Below, piece by piece: positions 16,490 to 28,628 of a stretch of DNA of 56,326 nt (position 1 is its first letter; each line of letters starts with the position of its first letter). Below the pieces are notes generated by a model. The model saw only the letters and a list, made by a program, of their open reading frames with translations, was not told the DNA's origin and searched no databases. This DNA is from an uncultured Gammaproteobacteria bacterium (GTDB lineage: Bacteria; Patescibacteriota; Microgenomatia; Levybacterales; GWA1-39-11): NCBI GenBank assembly GCA_964531275.1, contig CAZHDZ010000001.1, forward strand, positions 10,556-66,881, given 5' to 3'. Made by a program: the position numbers and the translations under genes.

Positions 16490-17428
16490 ATGCCAAAAGT
16501 ATTTGTAACCGGAATTAATGGTTTTGCCGGAACCCACCTCAATAACCTACTTGTTTCTAAAGGATATGAAATATTTGGTTCTGTTAAGCCTGGATCTGAA
16601 CATTCACATGATGACCATCTTTTTTCTGTAGATATACAAGATTTTGAGTCATTAAAGAGCGCAATTGAGAAAGCCAATCCCGATTATATCTATCATTTAG
16701 CAGCACTTACTAGCCCAGCTGAAAGCTTTAAGGACCCATCGAGAACAATCACAAACAATATTAGCGGTCAACTCAATATTCTTGAAGCAGTTAAGCAGCT
16801 AAATCTTGTGAATACACGGGTTCTCGTTGTGTCTTCTGCTGAGGTGTATGGAGCGGCTAAAGAAACCGATCTGCCACTTACTGAACGTGCTCCTCTTAAG
16901 CCGTTGTCTCCCTATGCAGTAAGTAAAATTGCTCAAGACTTTTTGGGATATCAATACTTCCATTCACAAAGTGTAAAAACAATAATTGTACGACCCTTCA
17001 ATAACATCGGTCCTTATCAGGCTCCATTTTTTGTAATTCCATCCTTTGCAAAGCAAATCGCTGAAATTGAGAAAGGCATAAAAGAACCTATTTTACGCGT
17101 AGGAAATTTAGAAGCAAAAAGAGACTTTACAGACGTTAGAGATATGGTAAGAGCTTATGAAATGTTGATGAATACGGGTGAAGAGGGAGAAGTCTACAAT
17201 ATTGGTTCTGGAAAATCCCACAGAATACAAGAAATTCTTGATATTTTTCTTTCACTTTCAACGAGTAATATCATCGTTGAGAACGATCCTGCATTAATGC
17301 GACCCGGCGATATACCTGAGTTGCGATGTGATTACGATAAGCTCCATAAAGCAACTGGATGGAAGCCAGAAATTGATATCCACACCTCGCTAAAAGATAC
17401 CTTGGACTATTGGAGGAGTGTTATTTAG
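16490..17428 (+). CDS. rmd: Extended-SDR GDP-4-dehydro-6-deoxy-D-mannose reductase-like protein (Rmd-like)
   Basis: VTGINGFAGTHL, SSAEVYG, YAVSKIAQD; lies next to gmd. Confidence 0.5.
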   Translation: MPKVFVTGINGFAGTHLNNLLVSKGYEIFGSVKPGSEHSHDDHLFSVDIQDFESLKSAIEKANPDYIYHLAALTSPAESFKDPSRTITNNISGQLNILEAVKQLNLVNTRVLVVSSAEVYGAAKETDLPLTERAPLKPLSPYAVSKIAQDFLGYQYFHSQSVKTIIVRPFNNIGPYQAPFFVIPSFAKQIAEIEKGIKEPILRVGNLEAKRDFTDVRDMVRAYEMLMNTGEEGEVYNIGSGKSHRIQEILDIFLSLSTSNIIVENDPALMRPGDIPELRCDYDKLHKATGWKPEIDIHTSLKDTLDYWRSVI

Positions 17429-17467
17429 TTACCCAGTTGCAAAGTGCTAGTGCTTTGCATATATTGA

Positions 17468-18466
<999 letters not shown>

Positions 18467-18501
18467 TAATATCCCTTCATATCACTTTTCATCCCTGATT
18501 T

Positions 18502-18510
18502 TGTTACAAT
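18502..18510 (+). promoter_or_regulatory. Extended -10 TGtTACAAT, 9 nt upstream of ATG 18520
   Basis: Read directly. Confidence 0.4.
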
Positions 18511-18519
18511 AAAATTCCT

Positions 18520-19476
18520 ATGAGTAAAATTTTAATTGCTGGAGGAGCTGGTTTTATAGGTTCTAACCTAACAAAAAAATTACTAAATGATGGTCATGAC
18601 GTATTAATTCTGGATAATTTGCTTACCAGCACAAGAGAAAACGTTGCAGAATTTGAAGATAATCCACAATTTACACTATTTGAACATGATGTTATAAATC
18701 CAATTCCCGAAGAATTTACAGCTGAGTATGTTTTCCATTTAGCTTCTCCTGCCTCGCCAAATCATCATAGTCATATCTCATATCACACTCTTGCTATGGA
18801 GACTATGTTAGTTAATACGACTGGTACGCTTAATCTTCTCAATTTTGCAAAGAACAATAACGCTCATTTTCTATTTGCATCAACGTCAGAAATCTATGGT
18901 GACCCAAAAGAGCATCCTCAAAAAGAAGAATATAGAGGAAATGTGTCAACAACCGGTCCGAGAGCAGTTTATGACGAGGCAAAACGTTTTGGAGAGACAT
19001 TGGCATCCTATTTTTTACGAGTAGAGAATGTAGACGTTAGAATAGCGAGAATATTTAATACGTATGGCCCAAAAATGCACAGAGATGACCTTCGAATGGT
19101 CGCTCAATTTATCTTGCAGGCTTCACACAACGAACCTATAACGATTTTTGGTGATGGTCAACAGACGCGTTCTCTTTGTTTTGTGGACGACCTCGTTGAG
19201 GGGCTTACAAAGCTAATGTTCTATGACAATTGCCGAGGTGAGGTTGTAAATATTGGCAATCCCGAAGAGCACACAGTAAAGGAATATGCTGAAATTATTA
19301 AAAGACTTACGGGATCGTCAAGCGAAATAGTCTATTCGGAAGATCTGCCACAAGATGATCCTTTAAGACGCTGTCCCGACATAACAAAGGCTCGCGAATT
19401 GTTATCCTGGGAGCCACAGGTATCACTAGAGGATGGGCTTACGAAGATGATTGAATACATAAAAACCTTTGACTAA
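18520..19476 (+). CDS. uxs: UDP-glucuronate decarboxylase (UDP-xylose synthase)
   Basis: IAGGAGFIGSNL, STSEIYGDP, YDEAKRFGE, RIFNTYGP. Confidence 0.8.
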   Translation: MSKILIAGGAGFIGSNLTKKLLNDGHDVLILDNLLTSTRENVAEFEDNPQFTLFEHDVINPIPEEFTAEYVFHLASPASPNHHSHISYHTLAMETMLVNTTGTLNLLNFAKNNNAHFLFASTSEIYGDPKEHPQKEEYRGNVSTTGPRAVYDEAKRFGETLASYFLRVENVDVRIARIFNTYGPKMHRDDLRMVAQFILQASHNEPITIFGDGQQTRSLCFVDDLVEGLTKLMFYDNCRGEVVNIGNPEEHTVKEYAEIIKRLTGSSSEIVYSEDLPQDDPLRRCPDITKARELLSWEPQVSLEDGLTKMIEYIKTFD

Positions 19477-20607
19477 ATGAAAATATTTGTAGTTACTGCC
19501 GCGTATAACGAGAAAGATAACGTAGAGGAGATGATCACAATCCTTGAGGATGAAGTATTCCCGAAGATAAAAGGGCATGACATGCACCTTCTGATAGCCG
19601 ACGATAAATCTCCCGATGGAACAGGAGATGTTGTAAGGCGGCTAATGAAAAAATATTCCAATCTTTACATTAATGAGGGAGAAAAAAAGGGTTTAGGAGC
19701 CGCTTATGTTAGATCTATGAGCTATGCAATAGTTGAAAAGAAGGCAGATCTTGTTATTAGTATTGATTGTGACCTACAACATGATCCAAGAAGCGTCCCT
19801 CTTTTCATTAAAAAAATTGAGGAAGGATACGATGTTGTTAGCGGTACAAGGTACAGCGATGGTGGAAGTATGCCTGAAAAATGGCCAATTCATAGAAAAT
19901 TCTTTTCTGTTTTTGGGAATCTTCTTTTACGCACTATAACCGGGCGATTTTATCTTCATGATTGGACAGGTGGATACAGGGCAATTAAGGCTGAAGTATT
20001 TATGAAAGAACGAGAGAAAGTGAGGGAGTTCACAGGATACACTTTTCAGGCAGCTTTCTTATATAAAGCGTTGCTTGATGGATATAAAGCAGGAGAGGTA
20101 CCAATTCATTTTAGAATAAGACGGGCTGGAGATTCTAAGATTGCCCCTCTTCAATATATTATGAAAGTTCTTAGATATGTCATATTGGAGAGAATTCAAG
20201 AAGTTGCGATGGGGAGGTTTGGTAAATTTATTGTTGTAGGGGGTGTCGGGTTCATTATGAATGCTATAATTCTTCGGATTTTAGTGGGTCAATTCGACTG
20301 GATACCCTATCAAGCCAATTTAGTAGGTGCTGTTGTTGCAATTTTTTCAAATTACAATCTTAATAATCTGTGGACTTTTAGACATCATAGGGCAACAAGT
20401 TTTAGAAAATATCTTATCAAAATGTTGCAGTTCTACCTCACGTCTGCGTTTGGAGTAATTGTTATTCAGACCGGTACAATATTCATCGGTACCCACTACA
20501 TATCGCACCATGGGGATTATTTCCCATACTTCTTGCTAGGTACCGCATTTCTCCTTGTGTGGAATTTTTCAGTGTACTCACGAGTTATTTGGAAGAAAAA
20601 GCATTAA
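19477..20607 (+). CDS. Polyprenol-phosphate glycosyltransferase (GT2, Dpm1-like) fused to a C-terminal GtrA-like 4-TM domain
   Basis: VVTAAYNEKDN...ADDKSPDGTG...DCDLQHDP, then FIVVGGVGFIMN...NYNLNNLWTFR. Confidence 0.8.
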   Translation: MKIFVVTAAYNEKDNVEEMITILEDEVFPKIKGHDMHLLIADDKSPDGTGDVVRRLMKKYSNLYINEGEKKGLGAAYVRSMSYAIVEKKADLVISIDCDLQHDPRSVPLFIKKIEEGYDVVSGTRYSDGGSMPEKWPIHRKFFSVFGNLLLRTITGRFYLHDWTGGYRAIKAEVFMKEREKVREFTGYTFQAAFLYKALLDGYKAGEVPIHFRIRRAGDSKIAPLQYIMKVLRYVILERIQEVAMGRFGKFIVVGGVGFIMNAIILRILVGQFDWIPYQANLVGAVVAIFSNYNLNNLWTFRHHRATSFRKYLIKMLQFYLTSAFGVIVIQTGTIFIGTHYISHHGDYFPYFLLGTAFLLVWNFSVYSRVIWKKKH

Positions 20608-20614
20608 CGCTACT

Positions 20615-22735
20615 ATGCTAAAAAAAATCCAGGAATATGTTTTATCCAACAAGGTAGAGATAGTTTGTCTTTTATTCATCCTGCTGATAGGGGCGTTTTT
20701 CAGGCTTTATAAGATCTCCGATTACATGACCTTTTTAGGAGATGAGGGTAGGGATGTTATGGTTGCAAAAGGAATATTGCAGGGAGACCTAACATTACTA
20801 GGACCGCGTGCATCCGCTGGTGATTTTTTCTTGGGGCCAATTTATTACTATATGATTGCCCCATTCCTTTTCATAACGCGACTTGATCCTGTGGGACCTG
20901 CAATCATGGTTGCATTGTTTGGGGTAGCGACTGTTGGACTGGTGTATTTTGTCGGTAAAAGATTTTTTGGACGAAAAGCTGGGATGATCGCATCAAGTCT
21001 CTATGCAGTGTCCCCTCTCGTTGTTGCATACTCAAGATCTTCCTGGAATCCGAATCTTATGCCTTTTTTCTCATTGTTGCTATTATATTTACTATTAAGA
21101 GCAGTGAAGAATCAATCTCTGCGTCTGTTTTTATTCGTAGGTTTTTTGCTTGGAATAGCGATACAGCTTCATTATCTTACCGTATTTCTTGGCGTTACGG
21201 TATTTTTCTTTACAGTCATTGGTGAGCCAATCATTGAGAAGAAAAATTTAGTCTCGCGCTATATAAGACACGGATTGGGCTTGTTGTGCGGGTTCTTAAT
21301 AGGGCTATCACCATTCTTATTATTTGAAATTCGTCATGGTTTTCCAAATATAATTACAATCTTTAAATTTATCTTTGAGGATAATACAGCTAAGGTTTAT
21401 TCTCCTGGACAGTCTTTTTTAGGTAATATTTGGGACGTATTGTTTAGACTATTTGGGAGGCTTATAACTAAATTTCCGCCACCAGAACAAATAAATGTTA
21501 CAGAGCATCTCGATTTAAGAGTTTGGCAAATAGCAACTGTTGTATTGGCAGCTCTTTCGATAGCAGTATTCTTTAAGACGAAAGATAAGCTTAAAGTTCT
21601 CCTTATTACACTTTGGCTTTTCTTTGGAGTATTGTTATTCGGAGTATATAAGAAGCCAATATATGATTATTATCTTGGTTTTATGTTCCCATTGCCATTT
21701 TTGTTAGTAGGAAATTTTTTGTCCCAAACATACACACTAAAAAAATATCGAAAAATTGGAATGATTGTAAGCGCTTTAGTTTTTGGAGTTATTCTAATTT
21801 TTAACTTAACTGGTGCGCCATTCCTTTTTCCCGGTAATAAGCAAAAAGACCAAGCAAAACGAATTGCAATGGCCGTTTTATCGAAAACAGAAGGAAAGCC
21901 ATACAATTTCGCATTGCTTACAAGAGGGAATTCAGATCACGTATATAGATACTTTCTCGAGGCAGCTAACAGAGCCCCGGTTGCCATCCTTAATCAAGCC
22001 GCAGATCCCCAACGAAAAAGTGTAACTGAACAGCTGATGGTAGTCTGTGAATATCAGGATTGTCAACCGCTCGGAAATTCATTGTGGGAAGTAGCAGGCT
22101 TTGGTAAGGCGGAGATTACGGGAGTTTGGGATGTACCGTTTGTCAAAATCTATAGACTTGTTCATTACCATAGACCTTTAGACTTTAGTCTTAAGAATCA
22201 GGAGCTTGTTACAACGTTCGAAAATTCTGGCCTTGGTTTCTCCTTTAAATACCCAGACTCTTTTGTGCTTGCTGATCGTACAGCGGACCCTAATTATAAA
22301 AATAGTAATGCTGAGCTGCGGCTTGCCCTTACAACACCTGATGTAGTAGATGGAGCAAAAGCAAAAAAGGGATTTGATTTCAAAAACTATTCTGATAATA
22401 CAGTCACAATTTATGTAGATGTCTTAAAAAATCCTGAGGCTCTTTCAATTGAAGATTTTATGAATAAAGAATACTCAAAGCTTGGGATAGATGGTAGGAC
22501 GCCGGTAATACAAACACTCAACCGTAATATTAAATCCTCAAGTATTCCGAAAGAAAACACATTGGTTTATGAAGGTACTGGCGGTGGAGAAAGTCCGCGA
22601 AAAACATATTTCTTTATTAATCAAAATAACTTTTATGTAGTGAGTATGATCGGAGGTACAGATACGGGCGCGTCATATACTCAGGATGCTGAAGATTTGT
22701 TTGATAGGATAGTAGAAAGTATATCCTTCAAGTAA
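20615..22735 (+). CDS. GT-C fold (GT39/ArnT/PMT_2-like) polytopic glycosyltransferase with a ~190-aa C-terminal soluble domain
   Basis: Loop-1 acidic motif FLGDEGRDVMVAKG, more than 10 TM segments, and a hydrophilic tail from about residue 515. ATG 20615 is preferred over the ORF-track 20555. Confidence 0.7.
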   Translation: MLKKIQEYVLSNKVEIVCLLFILLIGAFFRLYKISDYMTFLGDEGRDVMVAKGILQGDLTLLGPRASAGDFFLGPIYYYMIAPFLFITRLDPVGPAIMVALFGVATVGLVYFVGKRFFGRKAGMIASSLYAVSPLVVAYSRSSWNPNLMPFFSLLLLYLLLRAVKNQSLRLFLFVGFLLGIAIQLHYLTVFLGVTVFFFTVIGEPIIEKKNLVSRYIRHGLGLLCGFLIGLSPFLLFEIRHGFPNIITIFKFIFEDNTAKVYSPGQSFLGNIWDVLFRLFGRLITKFPPPEQINVTEHLDLRVWQIATVVLAALSIAVFFKTKDKLKVLLITLWLFFGVLLFGVYKKPIYDYYLGFMFPLPFLLVGNFLSQTYTLKKYRKIGMIVSALVFGVILIFNLTGAPFLFPGNKQKDQAKRIAMAVLSKTEGKPYNFALLTRGNSDHVYRYFLEAANRAPVAILNQAADPQRKSVTEQLMVVCEYQDCQPLGNSLWEVAGFGKAEITGVWDVPFVKIYRLVHYHRPLDFSLKNQELVTTFENSGLGFSFKYPDSFVLADRTADPNYKNSNAELRLALTTPDVVDGAKAKKGFDFKNYSDNTVTIYVDVLKNPEALSIEDFMNKEYSKLGIDGRTPVIQTLNRNIKSSSIPKENTLVYEGTGGGESPRKTYFFINQNNFYVVSMIGGTDTGASYTQDAEDLFDRIVESISFK

Positions 22736-23077
22736 TTAATATCCTAAGAAATTTAGATGAAGAGTGTTGCTCAATAAAAGAATTAAAAGCAAAGCGTCAA
22801 AAGCTAAAATTATTCCAGAAGCTGCAGTAATAGATACTATATCTTTTTTGAGGTAGGCTGCATCTGCTTGCTCAATCGCAACCCTTGTGTTTTGAGGGGT
22901 ATTTATAACAGTTTTTTTTGTCGGAAGACTAGTAACAGAATAGGTAGGTGAATCTACCCGAAGATGTGCATGTTGAGTCTGAATGGCTTTTCTTTTTGCT
23001 GACTCTTCTTTTTGTTTTCTTGTTTTTCTTGTCTTTGTCATGAGCTCAAAGTTATCATATTGACTCTCAATTTTCAA
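22736..23077 (-). CDS. Hypothetical basic protein with a C-terminal TM anchor. Start uncertain: TTG 23077 or ATG 23041.
   Basis: Lys/Arg-rich N-terminus and the TM segment AASGIILAFDALLLILLL. The stop abuts the stop of the GT-C gene. Confidence 0.4.
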   Translation of the reverse strand: MKIESQYDNFELMTKTRKTRKQKEESAKRKAIQTQHAHLRVDSPTYSVTSLPTKKTVINTPQNTRVAIEQADAAYLKKDIVSITAASGIILAFDALLLILLLSNTLHLNFLGY

Positions 23078-23100
23078 GATACTAAAATGGTAAGACCTTT

Positions 23101-23571
23101 ATGGATCAACTTCCCCTGATACTCTTTGGTGCTGCTTTAGTTGTTTGGAATGGACTCCTTACTTTCCTTTTGTTGCAGCAAAGAGGATCAAGTCAAAAAA
23201 TTTTGAGAGGTAGTAAAAAAGAAAATGTTATTGATCTTCTTGCAGAGGTACTTGAAAAAGAAAAAAAGTTAATGCGTGAGCTCATAGAAACTAATAAAAA
23301 AGTTGAGGGCTTGCTATTTCATTCGCAATTTTATATACAAAAGATAGGGCTAGTTCGCTTTAATCCATTCAACGATACCGGTGGAGACCAAAGCTTTATA
23401 CTGTCTCTAATTGATGAGCAAGACTCAGGTGTGGTAATTTCTGGCCTACATACAAGGAATGGTACAAGATGGTATGCTAAGAAGGTCCAAAATGGTACTG
23501 GAGTAGAACATGAGCTTTCTACAGACGAAATAAAGGCCATTAGGGCTGCAACTAAAAGAACAAAGAAGTAA
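23101..23571 (+). CDS. DUF4446-family protein
   Basis: N-terminal TM plus RFNPFNDTGGDQSFILSLIDEQDSGVVISGLHTR. Confidence 0.6.
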   Translation: MDQLPLILFGAALVVWNGLLTFLLLQQRGSSQKILRGSKKENVIDLLAEVLEKEKKLMRELIETNKKVEGLLFHSQFYIQKIGLVRFNPFNDTGGDQSFILSLIDEQDSGVVISGLHTRNGTRWYAKKVQNGTGVEHELSTDEIKAIRAATKRTKK

Positions 23572-23573
23572 AT

Positions 23574-24764
23574 ATGAGAGAAGAAGTGGCTACAAAAAAA
23601 CCCATGAATGCAAAGATCCTTATAGTTGCCGCTGTTGTTTATGTGGCAAGTGCATTAATTTCATTTTTAGTATTTAACAATCTTAATACGGGTTCAGTGA
23701 CTGGACCTGTTGCTCAGCCTAAGAAAACAGCTAGTGGTAAGCTACTCTTTGATCCAGAGCTTCCGAAGACTGAAAGTTGTCCAATAAATGGTGCAATGTA
23801 TTCAAAGCAACAAAAGGCGTGGTGGGAAAAGCACGCACCTTTGGGAGTAATGATTGAAAATCATCTTGAAGCAAGACCTCAAAGTGGTCTTTCATCAGCA
23901 GACATTGTTTATGAAGCAGTTGCAGAAGGTGGAATTACTAGGTTCTTAGCATTGTTCTACTGCCAAGATGCTGAATTTGTTGGTCCTGTAAGATCTGCAA
24001 GAACATATTTTGTAGATATGATATCAGAGTATGGACCTTCTCCTTTATATGCACATGTGGGAGGTGCAAATACGCCAGGTCCTGCAAATGCATTGGGACA
24101 AATCTCTGACTATGGATGGGCTGGCGTGAATGATCTTAACCAGTTCTCTATAGGATTTCCTGTTTATGTGAGAGATTATGACCGACTTGGAAGAACTGTA
24201 GCAACCGAGCACACCGTGTATTCATCGACAACAAAGCTGTGGGACTATGCATCTAAAAATAGAGATATAACTAATAAGAATCCTGATGGGGATGAATGGA
24301 GCGAAGGATATACTCCATACACCTTTAAAGACGATGCAAGTGCTAGTACAAGACCGAAGTCTCAAAATATCAGCTTTGATTTCTGGGAGGGATATGGAGA
24401 TTATTCCGTTTCATATGCATACGATTCTGCATCTAACACATATAAAAGAAGCAATGGCGGGACAGCTCACAAAGACCTTAATACTAAGGGTCAGCTTTCA
24501 CCCAAGAATATAGTGATTTTATATATGAAAGAAAGCAGGGCAAATGACGGTTATGAGGGGAACCTTCATATGCTATATGGTACAAAAGGCACAGGTAATG
24601 CAACTGTATTCATGGATGGAGAGGAAATTGATGCAACGTGGTCAAAGAAGAATAGAACTTCGCATCTTTTTGTAAAAGACAAAAGAGGAAAAGACATAGA
24701 ATTTAACAAAGGGCAAATCTGGTTTGAAATTGTAGCTCCCGACACAACAGTCGTAGTAAAATAG
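23574..24764 (+). CDS. DUF3048 (YerB-like) extracytoplasmic protein
   Basis: VMIENHLEARPQSGLSSADIVYEAVAEGGITRFLALF. Confidence 0.7.
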   Translation: MREEVATKKPMNAKILIVAAVVYVASALISFLVFNNLNTGSVTGPVAQPKKTASGKLLFDPELPKTESCPINGAMYSKQQKAWWEKHAPLGVMIENHLEARPQSGLSSADIVYEAVAEGGITRFLALFYCQDAEFVGPVRSARTYFVDMISEYGPSPLYAHVGGANTPGPANALGQISDYGWAGVNDLNQFSIGFPVYVRDYDRLGRTVATEHTVYSSTTKLWDYASKNRDITNKNPDGDEWSEGYTPYTFKDDASASTRPKSQNISFDFWEGYGDYSVSYAYDSASNTYKRSNGGTAHKDLNTKGQLSPKNIVILYMKESRANDGYEGNLHMLYGTKGTGNATVFMDGEEIDATWSKKNRTSHLFVKDKRGKDIEFNKGQIWFEIVAPDTTVVVK

Positions 24765-24785
24765 ATTTTCCTCCCCTTTTTACTG

Positions 24786-24814
24786 TTGAATGTTCTTCTT
24801 CTGTAGTATAATAT
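24786..24814 (+). promoter_or_regulatory. Candidate promoter TTGAAT-N17-TAATAT, 16 nt upstream of ATG 24831
   Basis: Read directly. Confidence 0.4.
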
Positions 24815-24830
24815 ATGTACTCAGATTAGT

Positions 24831-25409
24831 ATGTTTGAAGATCTCATTACTTCCAAAACCCGCATAAAAATCCTGCATCTTTTCCTGGGTCACCTTGGTG
24901 AAATGTTCCATGTCCGAGAGATTGTTCGCCGTGTTGATGAGGAAATAAACGCTGTGAGGCGAGAGTTAATGCTTCTTGAGAAAAAAGGTATTCTTAATCG
25001 TGAAGCTCGTGCCAACAGAGTTTACTATTCATTGGATTCTTCCTACCCATTCTATTACGATTTGATAAAGGTATATGCAAAAGAATCTGGGTTGGGGCGA
25101 GATATCCTAAAAAATAGAGCAAAACTAGGGAGAATAAAGTATGCAATGTTGTCAGGTGACTTTGCGAGAAACCTTGAAAATAATGGTGAGAGTGTTGATC
25201 TGTTAGTCGTTGGAGTTGTAGTGTTACCGGAATTGTCTCTTATTATTAAAAAAGAAGAAGAGGTGAAGAAAAGAGAAATTAATTATACAATTATGAATGA
25301 GGATGAATTTAATTTCCGAAAGTCTAGGCGTGATCCGTTCATATCTTCCATTATCTACGGCTCTCGAGTTATGCTTATTGGAGACGAAGAGTCGCTAGTC
25401 AAAGAATAA
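24831..25409 (+). CDS. Winged-helix (ArsR-like N-terminus) transcriptional regulator
   Basis: KTRIKILHLF...VREIVRRVDEEINAVRRELMLLEKKGIL. Confidence 0.5.
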   Translation: MFEDLITSKTRIKILHLFLGHLGEMFHVREIVRRVDEEINAVRRELMLLEKKGILNREARANRVYYSLDSSYPFYYDLIKVYAKESGLGRDILKNRAKLGRIKYAMLSGDFARNLENNGESVDLLVVGVVVLPELSLIIKKEEEVKKREINYTIMNEDEFNFRKSRRDPFISSIIYGSRVMLIGDEESLVKE

Positions 25410-25415
25410 TTTTCC

Positions 25416-26822
25416 ATGAGAAGACCAAAAGTATTTGTAATTATTATATTCGTTATTTCGTTCTTGTTATTGATCTTGGATCTTCCAGGAAAGATAGACT
25501 TGAGATCTGTTAAGATCCCTTTTATTGAAAAAGAGAAAGAAATTGCTAACTTCGTTTTTGATCCAGCTAAAATTTCTATTCCATTGGGTGCTCTGAGAAT
25601 CGAAAAAGATCTCTCTTATCGTCTGGGGCTTGATCTGCAAGGGGGTACTCAGCTTACTTATAGAGTAATAATGAAAGACGTTGCCAAGGGACAGGAGAAA
25701 GAGGCATTTGAATCAGCACGCGACGTTATAGAAAGACGTATCAACTACCTTGGCGTGTCAGAACCTCAAATTCAGACGCTTAAAATCGGAGATGAGTACC
25801 GAATTATAGTTGACCTTCCCGGCATGTCCAATGTAAGTCAGGCAATAAACTTAATTGGCCAAACAGCACAGCTTTCATTTTGGGAGGGCGGAGGCACGAA
25901 ATTCGAAGCAACTGATTCTATTCCTGATAATTCCATTATTGCAGTCTTGGGGCAGCTACTTGGGGAAAACCCAGTGCCGACGAAGTTAACGGGTAAGGAT
26001 TTGCAGAAGGCAACAGTAGTATTCGATCAAACAACGGGTAAGCCCCAAGTTCAAATTCAATTTACTGGTCAGGGGACAAGATACTTTGATGAAATAACCA
26101 AAAGAAACATTGGAAAAGTTGTTGCGATCGTTTTGGATAGCCAAGTAATTAGTGCGCCTGTAGTCCAGACAGAAATTGCTAATGGTACAGCAGTTATTAC
26201 TGGATCTTTTACAACTGATGTGGCAAAGAACTTAAGCATTGCTTTAAATGCTGGTGCGCTACCTGCTCCATTAGAAGTTATTGCCCAAAAATCAGTTGGT
26301 CCCTCATTGGGAATAGACTCTTTGCATAAAAGCATTTTCGCTGCGCTTATTGGATTTGCATCTATCATCTTTTTTATGACATATATCTACAGAAAAGAAG
26401 GAGTTATCGCATGTGTAGCTTTGGCGGTTTATACAATAGTAACGTTATTTGTTTATAAATTAATTCCAGTAACACTGACCCTTGCTGGTATTGCAGGATT
26501 TATCCTATCAATAGGAATGGCAGTGGACGCTAACATCTTAATCTTTGAGAGGATGAAAGAGGAATTGCGACGAGGTAAGCCCCGCGATATCGCGCTTAGA
26601 AATGGATTCTCAAGAGCATGGACATCAATTAGGGACTCAAATGTTACAAGTATAATTACGTGCATAATTCTTTTCTATTTTGGTAGCGGTTTGGTTCGGG
26701 GGTTTGCTCTTACTCTTTTTATCGGTATTATAATTTCTATGTTCTCAGCAATCACAATTACAAGGAATCTACTAAGTGTTTTTGATACAAAAGAAAAAAA
26801 GATTAAAGCAATAAAAAAATAA
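25416..26822 (+). CDS. secD: Protein translocase subunit SecD
   Basis: LGLDLQGGT..., GPSLG, and the SIGMAVDANILIFERMKEE motifs. Confidence 0.9.
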   Translation: MRRPKVFVIIIFVISFLLLILDLPGKIDLRSVKIPFIEKEKEIANFVFDPAKISIPLGALRIEKDLSYRLGLDLQGGTQLTYRVIMKDVAKGQEKEAFESARDVIERRINYLGVSEPQIQTLKIGDEYRIIVDLPGMSNVSQAINLIGQTAQLSFWEGGGTKFEATDSIPDNSIIAVLGQLLGENPVPTKLTGKDLQKATVVFDQTTGKPQVQIQFTGQGTRYFDEITKRNIGKVVAIVLDSQVISAPVVQTEIANGTAVITGSFTTDVAKNLSIALNAGALPAPLEVIAQKSVGPSLGIDSLHKSIFAALIGFASIIFFMTYIYRKEGVIACVALAVYTIVTLFVYKLIPVTLTLAGIAGFILSIGMAVDANILIFERMKEELRRGKPRDIALRNGFSRAWTSIRDSNVTSIITCIILFYFGSGLVRGFALTLFIGIIISMFSAITITRNLLSVFDTKEKKIKAIKK

Positions 26823-26823
26823 T

Positions 26824-27762
26824 ATGGATATTGTCGGACGAAGAAGAATATTTTTAACCGTATCAGGTCTATTGAGCTTACTGTGTATTGTCTCAATCAT
26901 TCTTTTTGGCTTTAAGCTCTCAATAGAATTTACAGGGGGATCAAAGCTTGAAGTAGTATCGATTGATCATACTGCAATTGATACAGAGAGGGTTAAGACT
27001 ATTATAGAGCGCCAGAAGGTTGATGTAGTGTCAATAACAAAGAATTCTACTGAAGACATTGTTATAAGAACCAATACAATAACCGACGCAACAAAAAATA
27101 ATCTCCTTGCAAAGCTTTCTGATGATAAGATCGCCTTGAAAGAGAAAAGTTTTGATACGCTCGGTCCAATAATAGGGAGCGAGGCAAAGGCAAACGCCCT
27201 AAAAGCGGTATTAATAGCTATTGTTGCAATTACTCTCTATATCGCTTTTGCTTTTCGAAAAGTCTCAAAGCCTGTATCTTCTTGGAAATTTGGAATAAGC
27301 GCAATAATTGCTCTTATGCATGACGTTGTCATTGTTCTAGGTGCTTTTTCTTTGTTTGGGTTACTGCTAAATGTAGAAATCGATTCATTATTTATAACAG
27401 CAGTTCTTACAATAATGGGATTTTCTGTTCATGATACGATTGTTGTTTTTGATAGGATTCGAGAGAACTTATTAAAGAACGTCCATGATCATTCATTTGA
27501 TCGGGTTGTAAACGACAGTTTTAACGAGACTCTTGCTAGATCTCTTAACACGTCACTAACAGTAATCTTAGTGTTAATTGCCTTAATACTTTTTGGTGGA
27601 GAGTCTATTAGATGGTTTATCGCTGCCTTCTTAATTGGTCTTATCACCGGAACATACTCCTCAATTTTCATTGCATCTGCGGTTCTTGTTGAGTGGCATA
27701 AGCTAGATGAGAAAGGCTTTAAGCTCTCAAAGCTTTTTAGAATAAAGAAAAAGAAAAAGTGA
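26824..27762 (+). CDS. secF: Protein translocase subunit SecF
   Basis: EFTGGS..., [17 protein letters not shown]. Confidence 0.9.
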   Translation: MDIVGRRRIFLTVSGLLSLLCIVSIILFGFKLSIEFTGGSKLEVVSIDHTAIDTERVKTIIERQKVDVVSITKNSTEDIVIRTNTITDATKNNLLAKLSDDKIALKEKSFDTLGPIIGSEAKANALKAVLIAIVAITLYIAFAFRKVSKPVSSWKFGISAIIALMHDVVIVLGAFSLFGLLLNVEIDSLFITAVLTIMGFSVHDTIVVFDRIRENLLKNVHDHSFDRVVNDSFNETLARSLNTSLTVILVLIALILFGGESIRWFIAAFLIGLITGTYSSIFIASAVLVEWHKLDEKGFKLSKLFRIKKKKK

Positions 27763-28181
27763 AATCTACGAATCGTCAAATAACTGTTTTTGTGGGACTG
27801 GTTGTAAGGGAAGATAAAATCCTCATTGTAAAAAGATCAGAGCCAGAGCTTAAAGCAGTGCATCTAAAGTGGGAATTTCCAGGTGGTAAGGTCGATTTTG
27901 GTGAAACACCAGAAGAGGCAGTAGTGAGGGAAATAAAGGAAGAGACTGGTGTTACAGCTAGAGTTAAGAGACTTTTACCAATGGCTCAGACTGTGTATTG
28001 GGATTATGAATGGGGAACACAGCAAACTCTGCTATTTGCATACGAGTGTGAGTTTGTACATGAAGAGAAGAGAATTAGTGATCATCATGTTGAAGAAACA
28101 AGATGGGTTAATATTGAGGATTATATAAAGTATGAGAGTCTTCCAGGTGGTAAAGAGTTTCTTGAGGTGCTATTGTCCTAG
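27759..28181 (+). CDS. NUDIX hydrolase
   Basis: Nudix box [23 protein letters not shown]. The GTG start overlaps the secF stop (GTGA). Confidence 0.8.
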   Translation: MKSTNRQITVFVGLVVREDKILIVKRSEPELKAVHLKWEFPGGKVDFGETPEEAVVREIKEETGVTARVKRLLPMAQTVYWDYEWGTQQTLLFAYECEFVHEEKRISDHHVEETRWVNIEDYIKYESLPGGKEFLEVLLS

Positions 28182-28622
28182 ACTTTCTCTAACAATTGAC
28201 GATACAAGTCCTCCATCAGCTTTTCCTTTGGTTTGTGAAGAAAGTATTCCCATAACCTTTCCCATATCAGACATTTGAGAAGCACCCGATGCAGTAATTG
28301 CTTCTGCTACTAATTTACGAATTGCGTCTTCAGTTAGTTGCTCTGGAAGGTACGCTGAAAGCATTTCTAGCTCACTTTTTTCCTTATCTGCGAGTTCTTG
28401 TCGACCACCTTTTTCATAGAGTTCAATTGACTCTTTCCTTTTCTTAATTTCTCGTCCAACAACTTCGATAACATCCTCATCTGTCGCTGTGTATCCTGCT
28501 CCGCCCTTCTGTATTTCAAAATATTGGAGTGCAGATTTTAGCATACGAATTGTGGAGAGTTTTTGCTCATCTTTTGCAAACATGGCATTCTTTAAATCAT
28601 TCTGAATAGTGTCCTTTAACAT
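28170..28622 (-). CDS. yqeY: GatB/YqeY-domain protein
   Basis: [23 protein letters not shown]...[15 protein letters not shown]. Confidence 0.8.
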   Translation of the reverse strand: MLKDTIQNDLKNAMFAKDEQKLSTIRMLKSALQYFEIQKGGAGYTATDEDVIEVVGREIKKRKESIELYEKGGRQELADKEKSELEMLSAYLPEQLTEDAIRKLVAEAITASGASQMSDMGKVMGILSSQTKGKADGGLVSSIVRESLGQ

Positions 28623-28628
28623 ATTGTT

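Noticed and set aside
20555-20614. Long N-terminal extensions proposed by the ORF track. Sites: 20555, 31465, 51763, 55040, 15150, 17483, 33500, 38216, 52535, 87.
   Set aside because: They use TTG, GTG or upstream codons that overlap the neighbouring gene or its promoter and add non-conserved residues. An ATG that begins the canonical family N-terminus lies just downstream in each case.
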